Virus record (IMG/VR): IMGVR_UViG_3300020045_002325
Span: 1-41,219 of that record
Source: a virus
Lineage: Duplodnaviria; Caudoviricetes
Direction: 5' to 3' (one strand)
Length of the DNA stretch: 41,219 nucleotides
Part shown: positions 27,389 through 36,933 of the stretch, piece by piece
Numbering within the stretch: position 1 is the stretch's first letter
Layout: the number at the start of each line of letters is the position of its first letter
Translations under genes and position numbers: made by a program
The notes under the pieces: generated by a model
Told to the model about the DNA's origin: nothing
Database searches by the model: none
Seen by the model: the letters and a program-made list of their open reading frames with translations, nothing else

Positions 27389-27490
27389 AGCTCCGGGGCT
27401 TACACCGCAGACGTATCCGCAGGATGCGGCTAACGAGGATAACACGGCTGTTTCTAGTGGGTATATCCTGCGTGGATCAGGGAGCCTAAC
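27389..27490 (+). ncRNA. candidate small structured RNA between the tRNA-like genes
   Basis: TATAAT at 27377-27382; closing stem GCTCC/GGAGC; hairpin CGTATCC-GCA-GGATGCG. Confidence 0.35.
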
Positions 27491-27525
27491 GTAAGACGAA
27501 TGTGAAGAGTAATTGAAGAACATAC

Positions 27526-27612
27526 GGGCTAATAGCATAATGAGAGTGCAGCTACACCAGAGAGATACTGGAGGTAGAAAGCGTTGGGTTTAAATCCCAG
27601 CTTAGTCCACCA
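27526..27612 (+). tRNA. tRNA-like RNA with encoded CCA and elongated anticodon arm
   Basis: Acceptor GGGCTAA/TTAGTCC plus ACCA, D stem GCAT/GTGC, T arm GTTGGG-TTTAAAT-CCCAGC, arm CTAC..CCAG-AGAGATA-CTGG..GTAG. Confidence 0.65.
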
Positions 27613-27659
27613 GTTAAATAGAGATAAGATTTTAATATAATAGATATTGGAGCAGAAGT

Positions 27660-28004
27660 ATGGCGTTTGTTAAAGGTGTGAGTGGTAATCCTGCTGGTCG
27701 CAGCCGTGTATTAGATGCGGATAAGCCCACTAATAGGTCGAATCGTACTAAGGAATTGCTAATTTTGGTCAGGAAGCTGAAACCGATTCAGAGTAAAGCT
27801 ATTCAAGCTGCGGTTAATATTTTAGATAATAAAGATGCGTCAGAGAATGGTAAGCTCCGTAGTGCTGCCCTGATTATTCAGACATATAAAGAGCTACTGA
27901 AGGATTTATATAATCCACTGTACGACAGTGAAGAGTCCGAAGAAATTCAGCAGGACAACAAGCCCGTGTTCTCACTGAAGATTGTAAACACAGAAGAAAG
28001 TTGA
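27660..28004 (+). CDS. putative terminase small subunit
   Basis: N-terminal FVKGVSGNPAGR motif (DUF5681-like); located upstream of TerL. Confidence 0.7.
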   Translation: MAFVKGVSGNPAGRSRVLDADKPTNRSNRTKELLILVRKLKPIQSKAIQAAVNILDNKDASENGKLRSAALIIQTYKELLKDLYNPLYDSEESEEIQQDNKPVFSLKIVNTEES

Positions 28005-28010
28005 AGTTTT

Positions 28011-28092
28011 AAACAAGGATAGGTTGGCCGACCGATAAGTGTGATTCCTCACCACACTTCCTCTGTTTTATTAGTGAGAGCAGGAGGTAATA
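28011..28092 (+). promoter_or_regulatory. endonuclease-leader three-way-junction RNA, copy 1
   Basis: P1 AAACA-AGGA/TCCT-C-TGTTT; P2 GGTT-GGCC-GACC; GATAA; P3 GTGTG/CACAC; loop ATTCCTCAC. Confidence 0.75.
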
Positions 28093-29310
28093 GTGGTAGA
28101 TCAAGTAACTGGTAATTTCTCAGAAGAACCTATTTTCTATGTGTATATTCATAAACGCAAAGATACCAATTCTATATTCTATGTTGGAAAAGGTAAAGAT
28201 AGACGAGCATGGTCAACTAGATCAAGAAACCCTCATTGGGTAAATACTGTTAATAAGTACGGGTATATCGTAGAGATTATTCACCAAGGATTAACAGAAA
28301 AAGAAGCCTTTAATTTAGAAATCAGCACTATAGCATTATATGGTATTGATAACTTAACAAACCTTACCATCGGTGGAAATACTACATCTGGATTTAAGCA
28401 CTCTGACTCTACAAAGAGAGTACAACGTGAGATCACTAATAAACGTAGGTTAGACAATCCAAGTTGGGCGCAAGATTGTGACGCCCGTATGCAGGAATTA
28501 GTACTTGCTCAAAATAAAGACAATAGCTTCCGTAAAATGGTTGCTGAGATAAACAAACAGAACTACAATAATTTATCTGCTGAGGGTAAAGAAGAGTACA
28601 TTAGTAAGAGAACTGCTTGGATGAATGATCCAGATAAAAAGAAAAGTGCAATTGATAAGTTCATACTAACATGCTCAACACCTGAGTTTAAAGAAAAACA
28701 AAGTCAAGCCACAAAAGCAGCTTGGGAGAATATGTCAGAAGATACTCGTAAGCTACGGTCAGAAAGCTCCAAAATTATATGGGATAACTCAGAGTTTAAA
28801 GCTAAACTCCTTGAAATGCGTTCATATAAAATAGTAGTCAATCGTAGATTTATCTTTGATTCTATCAAGGATTTTAGTCGTAAAGTTGGCAACAGCAATT
28901 CTTTATATACGACACTGAGTGAAGCAATAGCTAGAGGGTACTCCTTTACAGTGTTTAAAGGTATTCTTGTGGAACACTATAACCCTGATATTCATTCCAA
29001 TGCCACAAAATATAACAGAGAAGTTCTTCAGAAATTGCCTACAAAAATAATGCCAAAGAACAATGCTGTAGTCATGGATGATGAATTGGTATTCACGAGT
29101 TTTAAAGCTGCTGCTGACTACTTCGGTGATCAAAGAACAGACAGTACTCCAGAATGGATTTCAAAATGTATGAAGAATAGCTTACCCGCTATGGGGCACA
29201 ACTGGAGAAAAGCAACAATACCTGAGATTGAGCTTGAAATACTAAAACAATTAGACGCTGTGTATTTAGATACTGCGGAATTAAATACTGAAGGAACTAA
29301 TGGCTACTAA
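28093..29310 (+). CDS. GIY-YIG homing endonuclease (free-standing)
   Basis: FYVYIHKRKDT..IFYVGKG..RRA, E..A..LE, LTN...GG, NUMOD3-like KHSDSTK. Confidence 0.85.
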   Translation: MVDQVTGNFSEEPIFYVYIHKRKDTNSIFYVGKGKDRRAWSTRSRNPHWVNTVNKYGYIVEIIHQGLTEKEAFNLEISTIALYGIDNLTNLTIGGNTTSGFKHSDSTKRVQREITNKRRLDNPSWAQDCDARMQELVLAQNKDNSFRKMVAEINKQNYNNLSAEGKEEYISKRTAWMNDPDKKKSAIDKFILTCSTPEFKEKQSQATKAAWENMSEDTRKLRSESSKIIWDNSEFKAKLLEMRSYKIVVNRRFIFDSIKDFSRKVGNSNSLYTTLSEAIARGYSFTVFKGILVEHYNPDIHSNATKYNREVLQKLPTKIMPKNNAVVMDDELVFTSFKAAADYFGDQRTDSTPEWISKCMKNSLPAMGHNWRKATIPEIELEILKQLDAVYLDTAELNTEGTNGY

Positions 29311-30808
29311 ACGAAAAGACTACTCAGATAAAATCGTGCTTGCACCGGCAAGTATCCCTCAGGAATGCTTCCTTTCAAGTACTAGCACAATTACATGCTA
29401 CTCTGGGAGCGCGGGTGCTGGAAAAACTTTTGCTTTGATTCTTAATATGGTTAAGTTCGCAGCTAAACAGAACTCAACTATTATCTGCTTCCGAAGAACC
29501 AGTACCCAAATCCGCTCCCCCGGTTCTGTATGGCAAGAGGCTAGTGTTATTTTTGCACAGATGTTTCCTGATGCTAAAATCAGAAGTAGAGATTTAGAGA
29601 TATTTATTCCTAGTACTAACTCAGTAGTTAAATTCGCTCACTTACAGCATTTATCTGACGTAAACAATCACTTGGGATCACAGTATAGCGCAGTCTTCTT
29701 CGACGAGGCTGTTACATTTGACCCATTTGAATCGTTTGTTTTACCACTAATGGGCCGTATGCGTAATGCTAAGGTTGATTATACCCCTCAAATGTTCTGG
29801 GCAACTAATCCTAAGTTTGGACCCGGTATTTACGACTGGTTAAAGGACTTTTATTTAGATGATCAAGGTATCCCCCTCAAGGAGAAATCCAACGTAGAGA
29901 GGTACTTCGTTCTGAAGGACAGTAAGCCAGTTTGGTTCAATGATAGAAAAGAAGCTGAAGCATTATATGGCGATCAGGTGCGTAGTTTCCGCAGTATACG
30001 TGCCCATGTGACAGACAATAAACCGCTCATGTTAGCTAACCCTGATTATATTTATAATCTGATGGCTTTACCTGAAGTTAAGAAACGAATATTCTTAGAT
30101 GGTTCATGGACTGCTCGTGAGCAAGAGTCTGGATTCTTTAAACGTGAATTCTGCAAGATTGTCCCTTACCCTAATGCTGTAGCTCACCGTAGAGTACGTT
30201 CATGGGATTTAAGTGCAGTAAAGCCCTCTACAGCGTCACCTGACCCTGATTGGACTCGTGGTGTACTCATGAGTAAAGATAAGAACAATATCTACACTGT
30301 AGAGGATGTACAGAGTTTACGTGATAGACCTTATGAAGTTGAGAATCTAATCTATAGAACTGCACTAGCTGACCCAGATGGTACGATTGTAACTATCCCA
30401 CTTGACCCTGGTCAAGCAGGTATTGCTTACTCGAATATCATTAAGTTAAAACTCTCAGAAATGGGTATAACTTGCAGGTTAGTACGGACGAATAAATCCA
30501 AGTTAACACGCTTCTTACCATTCTCTGCTATATCTGAGGCTGGTCTAGTTAACTTTGTTAAATCAGAGTGGTTAGACGAGATGCTAGTAGAGCTTGAGAA
30601 CTTCACAGGTGAGAAGAATAATGGACACGATGACTTGGCTGACTGCGTTTCTGACTGTATCCTTACACTTAATCAGGGTGTAATGGAACTCCCCTCCTTC
30701 ACCCTGCCTGATCTACACCAGTCCAATTCCTACTCTAACCTCGGATTCTCCCAGCCGGTATTACCTCAAGGTGAAGCACCTAGGATTATACAAGGAGAAT
30801 TCCAATAG
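29300..30808 (+). CDS. terL: terminase large subunit
   Basis: Walker A GSAGAGKT, Walker B FFDEA, ATNP, nuclease RSWDL.A...DPDWT, HDD.AD. Confidence 0.93.
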   Translation: MATKRKDYSDKIVLAPASIPQECFLSSTSTITCYSGSAGAGKTFALILNMVKFAAKQNSTIICFRRTSTQIRSPGSVWQEASVIFAQMFPDAKIRSRDLEIFIPSTNSVVKFAHLQHLSDVNNHLGSQYSAVFFDEAVTFDPFESFVLPLMGRMRNAKVDYTPQMFWATNPKFGPGIYDWLKDFYLDDQGIPLKEKSNVERYFVLKDSKPVWFNDRKEAEALYGDQVRSFRSIRAHVTDNKPLMLANPDYIYNLMALPEVKKRIFLDGSWTAREQESGFFKREFCKIVPYPNAVAHRRVRSWDLSAVKPSTASPDPDWTRGVLMSKDKNNIYTVEDVQSLRDRPYEVENLIYRTALADPDGTIVTIPLDPGQAGIAYSNIIKLKLSEMGITCRLVRTNKSKLTRFLPFSAISEAGLVNFVKSEWLDEMLVELENFTGEKNNGHDDLADCVSDCILTLNQGVMELPSFTLPDLHQSNSYSNLGFSQPVLPQGEAPRIIQGEFQ

Positions 30809-30971
30809 TTAGGATGTGGTGATTAAGAGGCATAACTAGAAAGTTAAATACTTCCGTGTTATGCTAGAACGAGTACAAGGTACGAGATGCCTTGTTGTTT
30901 CATGCGTAAATCATAAGCACAGATACCTGCAGTACAACAGCAGTAATACAGAAATACTTACAAGGATAATA

Positions 30972-32384
30972 ATGGCAACAAAGATAATCAAAGAAATCGT
31001 AACTGATGTTGGTGGTAATACCACGATTGAGTTCAGTGATGATACTACGCAGAAGTACAATGTAGCTGATGTGGTTACTGCACAAGTTAATCCTGTCACC
31101 GGGGGGATTAGTTTATCGGGCATAAATACCCAGATCGCACTGGCTGCAAAAAACACGATGGGCCAGAAGCTAATGGGCATTTCAGGTGTTACAGATCAAA
31201 CGTCACCCTACACGTATCTCATGAAGGTTGCACTGGATGCAGACTTTGATTCAGTCCGTGTTGTGTACTACCACCACGGAACGGGATCACCTGTCATCAC
31301 GGCTTGCGTAGCTGCGACAGAAACAGCACAAACAGACACTACCGACCATCTTTTTGAGCCGATTGCAGGGGGTGTAAAGTATCAAGTAAAAGACAGCGCA
31401 ACAGATGACAAGGGCTGGCGCTCGGTACTGTGGGCGGGGGCTGCTTCTCCCACTGTGGTGGCCGCTTCAAACTCATGGGCTCCGACTATCAGCGCATCGG
31501 ACTGGATACCGCTGCAAAGCGTTCCACGCGCAGATGGCGGGACGCTGCCACTTTTGATGCTGCGCCTTTACTCGGCAACAGCAGCAGCACAACCTTACAG
31601 CAAGGTGTCGTGTGTAGCCGCAATGCGTGATGCAACAGCTGCAAACAATGGGCGAATTCTTCAATCAGCAGCCTATAGTGGCGATGCAGTGGGCACTATT
31701 TCAGATGCTGCACGGCCCGGATCGCTGGCATCTTCCTGCCCAACTGTTGGAATTCAATTTAGAACACGCTCACGGGGATTGGTGATTGTTGGCGTTGGCG
31801 ACTCGATTACACAAGGAGATGGGCAAGTAGCCGACCTGTTTTCTTCCTGGGGACTTCGTGCGGCTGCAAAACTTTCAACCGCAGCACGGCCTGTAAGCTA
31901 CTGGAATAACGGGGTTGACGGGAAAACTAGCTCGTTTTACCTCCCATCCGGCCTAAATACGGCTGTCGCCGTAGCGCCAAACATCATGGTTTACTCGGCT
32001 TACTCACCAAATGACTACGGCGCAGCGCCAACGGCAGGGGCTTTACGTTACGCGGTGCAGACAATGATGGCAAAGACGCAGGCAATGCTTGATTACTGCT
32101 ATGCGAACAACATCACCCCAATCCTGACCACTGGAAATCCACACTCTGCACAGCTAACAACGGTAGCAGTTGACGATGTTCGCAAGGTGTACAACGCAAA
32201 GATTCGGGCGATGTGTGCAGCGAAGATGGCATACCTTGCTGATTGGGATTTGGCTCTTTCTGACGGTGCATCGCCAGCCGCTTATTTGCCGGCGTATGAC
32301 GTTGGCGACCACCTACATCCGAATGAAGCCGCGATTGAAGTCATGGCGAACGTGCTGGCTGCTACTGTCCGAACGATTTTCTAA
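30972..32384 (+). CDS. SGNH/GDSL esterase-domain protein, probably virion-associated
   Basis: Block I GDSIT, N.GV.G, PND, DHLHPN; start ATG 30972 behind AAGGA. Confidence 0.8.
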   Translation: MATKIIKEIVTDVGGNTTIEFSDDTTQKYNVADVVTAQVNPVTGGISLSGINTQIALAAKNTMGQKLMGISGVTDQTSPYTYLMKVALDADFDSVRVVYYHHGTGSPVITACVAATETAQTDTTDHLFEPIAGGVKYQVKDSATDDKGWRSVLWAGAASPTVVAASNSWAPTISASDWIPLQSVPRADGGTLPLLMLRLYSATAAAQPYSKVSCVAAMRDATAANNGRILQSAAYSGDAVGTISDAARPGSLASSCPTVGIQFRTRSRGLVIVGVGDSITQGDGQVADLFSSWGLRAAAKLSTAARPVSYWNNGVDGKTSSFYLPSGLNTAVAVAPNIMVYSAYSPNDYGAAPTAGALRYAVQTMMAKTQAMLDYCYANNITPILTTGNPHSAQLTTVAVDDVRKVYNAKIRAMCAAKMAYLADWDLALSDGASPAAYLPAYDVGDHLHPNEAAIEVMANVLAATVRTIF

Positions 32385-32494
32385 TCCCCTCTGCACGAAG
32401 ATTACACCCGTTCAACCAAGAACAACGGGTGTTCTCCACTACACGTATTCCAAGTATTCCACTTATTAACTCACATAGAACAAAGGAGCCAACA

Positions 32495-33985
32495 GTGGCT
32501 ACACGTAAAACTAAAGAACAACCACAGTCAGTAACCAAAGCTAACTACCTAGATACTCCTGAGCGATTCCGTCTATCAGAAATCGGCAGCTTAGGCATCA
32601 ATACGTTCGGTGGGTGTTCAACGGAAGAGCTGAAAAGAGAACTCAACTGGCCGAACAACATCAAAATCTACAAACAGATGACCTACAGCCCATCTATCAA
32701 TTCTGCATTGACTCTCTATGAGAATATCATCGGAAAAGTAGAATGGGCATACACCGCACCTCAGAACCCCACAGAAGAAGACACCAAACGTGCTGTAATC
32801 ATCAATGAAATGATGCGTGATCTGGACGGTGGTACATGGCGTGAGTTCATTAATGATGTGCTTTCAATGATGGTGTATGGATTCAGTGTACACGAGAAAG
32901 TATACCGCCGTAGATACAAGAGTAATGGCTCACGTTTTAATGACGGTGTAATCGGCTGGAAGAAACTCGCTATTAGAAACCAAGAGACTATCGAGCGTTT
33001 CACCTTCAGTCCAGACGGCTCTGATATTACGGGTGTAAAGCAGAATCTTTATGGTGTAGGTGATACTCTAGGACGGTATAGCTCCAGAGGTTCACAAGAG
33101 GTTGTATTACCACGTAGCAAGTTCATGCTGTTCCGTACAGGTAAGCACAAAGGTAATCCATTTGGTGTATCTCATCTACGTGATGCGTATAGCTCATGGA
33201 AGTACCTTACAGCAATTGAAGAGATGGAAGTAGTGGGATTCTCTAAGGATTTAGCTGGCGTTCCTCTGCTCAAGATTCCACCGCAGTATATGTCAGCAGA
33301 TGCTAGTACTGATCAGAAGAGGGAATACGAGAATTTCAAGAACATGATTCGTAACCTACAGCAGAATCAACAGTCCGGTGTTATCTTACCTCAAGCGTTT
33401 GATCTAGAGACTAAGCAACCGTTGTTTGATCTGAAGCTACTCTCGAATGAAGGTGGCAAGAAAGCGTTCGATTCTGATAAAATCAAGGACTATTACAAGC
33501 GAGCTATTTACGTAGCGTTATTCGCTGAGGTATTAATCTTCGGTTCAGCTTCAGGTGGTAGCTTTAACCTAGGTGTTATCAAGAATAGTATGACGGGTGC
33601 AGCAGCGGAATCAATGCTGAAGAATATCCGTGATGTACTTAATAATGACCTGCTGGTACAGACGTTCCAGCTAAATAACTGGGACGAAAGTCGCATAGGA
33701 TCATTTGATTTTGATGGTGTAGATGTCGAAGATATTGAGTCCAAATCCAAAGCTTTCCAGAGATATGCAAGTACTGGTTTACTTGAACTTGATCGTGAAG
33801 TACTAAATGCTGTACGTACATCAGTAGGTATTGATCCATTGCCGATTGATATGCCCCCGCAGACAGATATTCTAACTGGTTCAACATCTAAAAGCGGCCA
33901 AGGCTACGCTAGTCCTACAGGTATCGGAACAAGTACTCAAATGACTGGTGAAGATACAAGCTCAAATAATCTCGAAAATAGTTGA
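32495..33985 (+). CDS. portal protein
   Basis: Position after TerL; YGFSVHEKVYR, NPFGVS.L, DLAGVP; GTG start 32495 behind AAGGAG. Confidence 0.85.
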   Translation: MATRKTKEQPQSVTKANYLDTPERFRLSEIGSLGINTFGGCSTEELKRELNWPNNIKIYKQMTYSPSINSALTLYENIIGKVEWAYTAPQNPTEEDTKRAVIINEMMRDLDGGTWREFINDVLSMMVYGFSVHEKVYRRRYKSNGSRFNDGVIGWKKLAIRNQETIERFTFSPDGSDITGVKQNLYGVGDTLGRYSSRGSQEVVLPRSKFMLFRTGKHKGNPFGVSHLRDAYSSWKYLTAIEEMEVVGFSKDLAGVPLLKIPPQYMSADASTDQKREYENFKNMIRNLQQNQQSGVILPQAFDLETKQPLFDLKLLSNEGGKKAFDSDKIKDYYKRAIYVALFAEVLIFGSASGGSFNLGVIKNSMTGAAAESMLKNIRDVLNNDLLVQTFQLNNWDESRIGSFDFDGVDVEDIESKSKAFQRYASTGLLELDREVLNAVRTSVGIDPLPIDMPPQTDILTGSTSKSGQGYASPTGIGTSTQMTGEDTSSNNLENS

Positions 33986-33989
33986 GGTC

Positions 33990-34017
33990 TTGCCTTATTT
34001 AGTAATAATGGTAAAAT
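33990..34017 (+). promoter_or_regulatory. sigma70-type promoter ahead of RNA motif copy 2
   Basis: TTGCCT-16 bp-TAAAAT with extended TG. Confidence 0.55.
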
Positions 34018-34020
34018 AAA

Positions 34021-34103
34021 TTAAGCTAGGGTAGCACCCGAAAAGAGTGATTAGTTACCACTCCTGCTTAACTTCTAAGTAACTGTCCTTAACTAGGAAC
34101 ATA
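34021..34103 (+). promoter_or_regulatory. endonuclease-leader three-way-junction RNA, copy 2
   Basis: P1 TTAAGC/GCTTAA; P2 GGGT-AGC-ACCC; GAAAA; P3 GAGTG/CACTC; loop ATTAGTTAC. Confidence 0.8.
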
Positions 34104-35018
34104 ATGATTAAGATAATAAAAGCTTTTGATACTAAGCCAGTGGATTTCTACGTCTATTTACATAGAAGACTTGATACTATGGAAGTATTTTACGTAGGCA
34201 AAGGAAGTAAAGATAGAGCATGGATGGTCAGTAGCAGAAGTAGAGATAAGAACTCACACTGGGGCAACGTAGCTAAAAAGCACGACATATACATAGAAAT
34301 AGTTAAAGATAAACTCCAAGAATGGTATGCACTTGAATTAGAAATAGAGTTAATATCTTTGTACGGTAGAAGTGATCTAAAATTAGGTAAGCTTGTAAAC
34401 AAAACAGACGGAGGAGAGTCCGGGCTTGGAATAATATTCACAGAAGCTACAAGACTTAAACTGAAAGAGTGTCAACTCAAGTATGGTAAAAGAGTCACTC
34501 TTAATAATCACATATCTTTTCTGACAATAAAAGATGCAGCAAGGTATTTACTTGGAGATGGTAAAACTGATCTTGAATACAGAAGAGTGTGTTCAGCAGT
34601 ATCTAGTTGTTTATGCGGGCGTAGTAAAACGTATAAAGGCAATTTACTCTACCAACCACATAATGATTACGCTATGGTACTTAAAGAATCCGAGAATTAT
34701 CTTAAAGTAAGACATTCAGACGAAGTAATGATACAAGCGTATAACGAGTACATGTCCAATAAAAAGACTATGGTAATACTAAGTAAAGAACTTGGTCTAG
34801 CTGAAGGGTATCTGCAGAATCTATTCAAAGGTGTGTACAGACCGCATCTGAATTTCAAACAGAAGTCTCGTGAAGATAGTTTAAGATTTAACAACTCTGA
34901 TATTATAGCAAGCCTTGAATACTTAACTGCGATCCAAGCTATGAAGTTATACAATATCAGTAAAACACATTTGTACAGAATAAAACGAAGTGTAGGACAA
35001 GAAACTAAAAGCAACTAA
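34104..35018 (+). CDS. GIY-YIG homing endonuclease (free-standing)
   Basis: FYVYLHRRLDT..VFYVGKG..DRA, ELEIELI, LVNKTDGGE. Confidence 0.88.
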   Translation: MIKIIKAFDTKPVDFYVYLHRRLDTMEVFYVGKGSKDRAWMVSSRSRDKNSHWGNVAKKHDIYIEIVKDKLQEWYALELEIELISLYGRSDLKLGKLVNKTDGGESGLGIIFTEATRLKLKECQLKYGKRVTLNNHISFLTIKDAARYLLGDGKTDLEYRRVCSAVSSCLCGRSKTYKGNLLYQPHNDYAMVLKESENYLKVRHSDEVMIQAYNEYMSNKKTMVILSKELGLAEGYLQNLFKGVYRPHLNFKQKSREDSLRFNNSDIIASLEYLTAIQAMKLYNISKTHLYRIKRSVGQETKSN

Positions 35019-35033
35019 CTTAAAGGAGCGTCT

Positions 35034-36545
35034 ATGCCTTGCGTACATTGGGGTATTCTACGTGATCAAACACTACCAGCAATGAAGGATAAAACCCTAG
35101 AAGAGCGCAAGCTCTTCGCTAAGGTAGCTAATGCAGCTTTATCCCAATGTAAATCCGAGAAAGAAGCAATCATAGCTGGTCTAGCTGCTGTGAAGAATAT
35201 AGTAAATAAAGCTCAGGCTATTCCACTACATCTTCAAGCAGTTCTTGATCTTGTTGAGAAAGCTAGATCAGACCCACCTGTAGATGCTCCTGTTAAGTCA
35301 CCAGAGGCACCTACAGCCTCTTCTAACTGGTTTAGCAGCACAATATACCAAGCTAATGCTACGGTCGATTCTAGGGGCCTTACAGAGGGTTTAAACGCTA
35401 GTATCAAAGAACGTAGCCTAATCCGTGCAAGCTTCGATACTAAAGGTCGTCTAGTCCTTGGCTTTGACAACGGTGATACTATCATTACAAACGAACAAAT
35501 CCTGAAGGAGTACATCGAGCAGTACATAACTGTTCATACTACTCCTTTCTTTGATTGGATTAAGTTCAATACTGAAGCTAATGTGCCTAATGAGGACTTC
35601 ACAGCAGGTATGCTCAGGTGGAATTCCTTCGATGGCACTCTGGATCTACGTATGGGTGATAACGCTACTCTCCAGCTAGGTATGGAGATGTACTGCCCAC
35701 CTGTACTGAACATAACCGGAAGTACTATCCCACAAGGTTCTGTAGTAGCTGCTACAGGTGGCGACATGGGTACTTCTAGGATTACCTTCGGATTGGCTAC
35801 AGCTAATCACGCGTTCAACTCCTTCAGGGTTCTTGGGATATGTACTGAAGATATTCCTTCAGGTATGACTGGATTTGTTACTAACTTCGGGTTAGTCCGT
35901 ACCTTGGATACTACTGGTACACCCTATGGTGAAACATGGGCATCAGGTGATATTCTGTACGTGTCCTCCAATGTAGCAGGTCAGTTAAGTAATGTTAAAC
36001 CAGTACCACCTAATGAAAGTATTCCAGTAGCCTTTGTGGGTATTGTGAGTTCAACAGTAGGGACAATCTTCGTTAAACCCCAAGCTGTAACACGGCTGGA
36101 TTATGCTTCGTTCTACGATACTACAACTCAGGTACAGACACTGACAGAAACACCAAGTGCTATCCGTGTGAATACCACCAAAGAAGCCTACGGTATATCT
36201 GTAGTGAATAACACAAGAATAACCTGTAGTACAGCAGGACTGTATGAATTCCAGTTCACTATGCAGGTATCTAAGTCAAACTCCAATGCTCAGAATATGT
36301 GGGTATGGGGGAGGATTAACGGAGTAGATATCCCAGCTAGTGCAAATAAGCTCAGTGTACAGGGCTCAGGTACTCTGCTGGTTCCAAGCTGGAGCTTCCA
36401 AGAGGCGATGAATGCAGGTGATTACTTTGAGCTAATGTGGGCAGTGGATAGTACTACTATTACGCTCGTAGCTCCTGCTAGTACGGGGTTCTGCCCAAGC
36501 ACGCCTAGTTGTACTGTGACTGTAGCACAGGTTAATATTAGCTAA
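35034..36545 (+). CDS. putative head decoration/fibre protein (multi-domain)
   Basis: Position in the head module; ChaB-like N-terminal helices; beta-rich middle; C1q/TNF-like C terminus (AGLYEFQF...GDYFELMW). Confidence 0.55.
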   Translation: MPCVHWGILRDQTLPAMKDKTLEERKLFAKVANAALSQCKSEKEAIIAGLAAVKNIVNKAQAIPLHLQAVLDLVEKARSDPPVDAPVKSPEAPTASSNWFSSTIYQANATVDSRGLTEGLNASIKERSLIRASFDTKGRLVLGFDNGDTIITNEQILKEYIEQYITVHTTPFFDWIKFNTEANVPNEDFTAGMLRWNSFDGTLDLRMGDNATLQLGMEMYCPPVLNITGSTIPQGSVVAATGGDMGTSRITFGLATANHAFNSFRVLGICTEDIPSGMTGFVTNFGLVRTLDTTGTPYGETWASGDILYVSSNVAGQLSNVKPVPPNESIPVAFVGIVSSTVGTIFVKPQAVTRLDYASFYDTTTQVQTLTETPSAIRVNTTKEAYGISVVNNTRITCSTAGLYEFQFTMQVSKSNSNAQNMWVWGRINGVDIPASANKLSVQGSGTLLVPSWSFQEAMNAGDYFELMWAVDSTTITLVAPASTGFCPSTPSCTVTVAQVNIS

Positions 36546-36656
36546 TATAGAGTCACTTGTCAGATAAACACTGGCATGATAGACTGTTCGGTTAATAAAC
36601 ACCAACACAATGTAATCGCAGCTTATCTAGGCTGCTCTAAATAGAAAGAACCAATA

Positions 36657-36902
36657 ATGCTTACTCAAGATACATCACCAAGCCCTTACGTTTTTGCAGT
36701 AGTACCGCACGCTAGCTTGAACTTCACACAAGAAGTACGCCAGTTATACGCAGGTACTGCTGGGGATATTACAGTAGTTAATCTAGATAATACCACTGTT
36801 ACATTTGTGGGTGTTAACGCAGGTACAACCCTAGGTCCATTCTACATTAAGCGCGTAAACGCTGTGGGTACTACTTGTACTTCAATCGTGGCGTTTATCT
36901 AA
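36657..36902 (+). CDS. head spike base protein (RcGTA Rcc01079-like)
   Basis: 'AVVP......VRQLYAGTAGDITV......VTF....AG..L.....RV.A.GTT...IVA' pattern; 81 aa. Confidence 0.75.
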   Translation: MLTQDTSPSPYVFAVVPHASLNFTQEVRQLYAGTAGDITVVNLDNTTVTFVGVNAGTTLGPFYIKRVNAVGTTCTSIVAFI

Positions 36903-36933
36903 GAGTGCTACCTTTATTTAAGCGGAGGTTTCT

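Noticed and set aside
28011-28092. Leader motif as a hammerhead ribozyme (three stems plus GAAA)
   Set aside because: The CUGANGA core is absent in all three copies, and copy 1 has GATAA
28005-29310. GIY-YIG genes as group I intron-encoded ORFs
   Set aside because: Flanking genes appear complete and uninterrupted, leaders are only about 80-120 nt, and no intron core elements are recognisable
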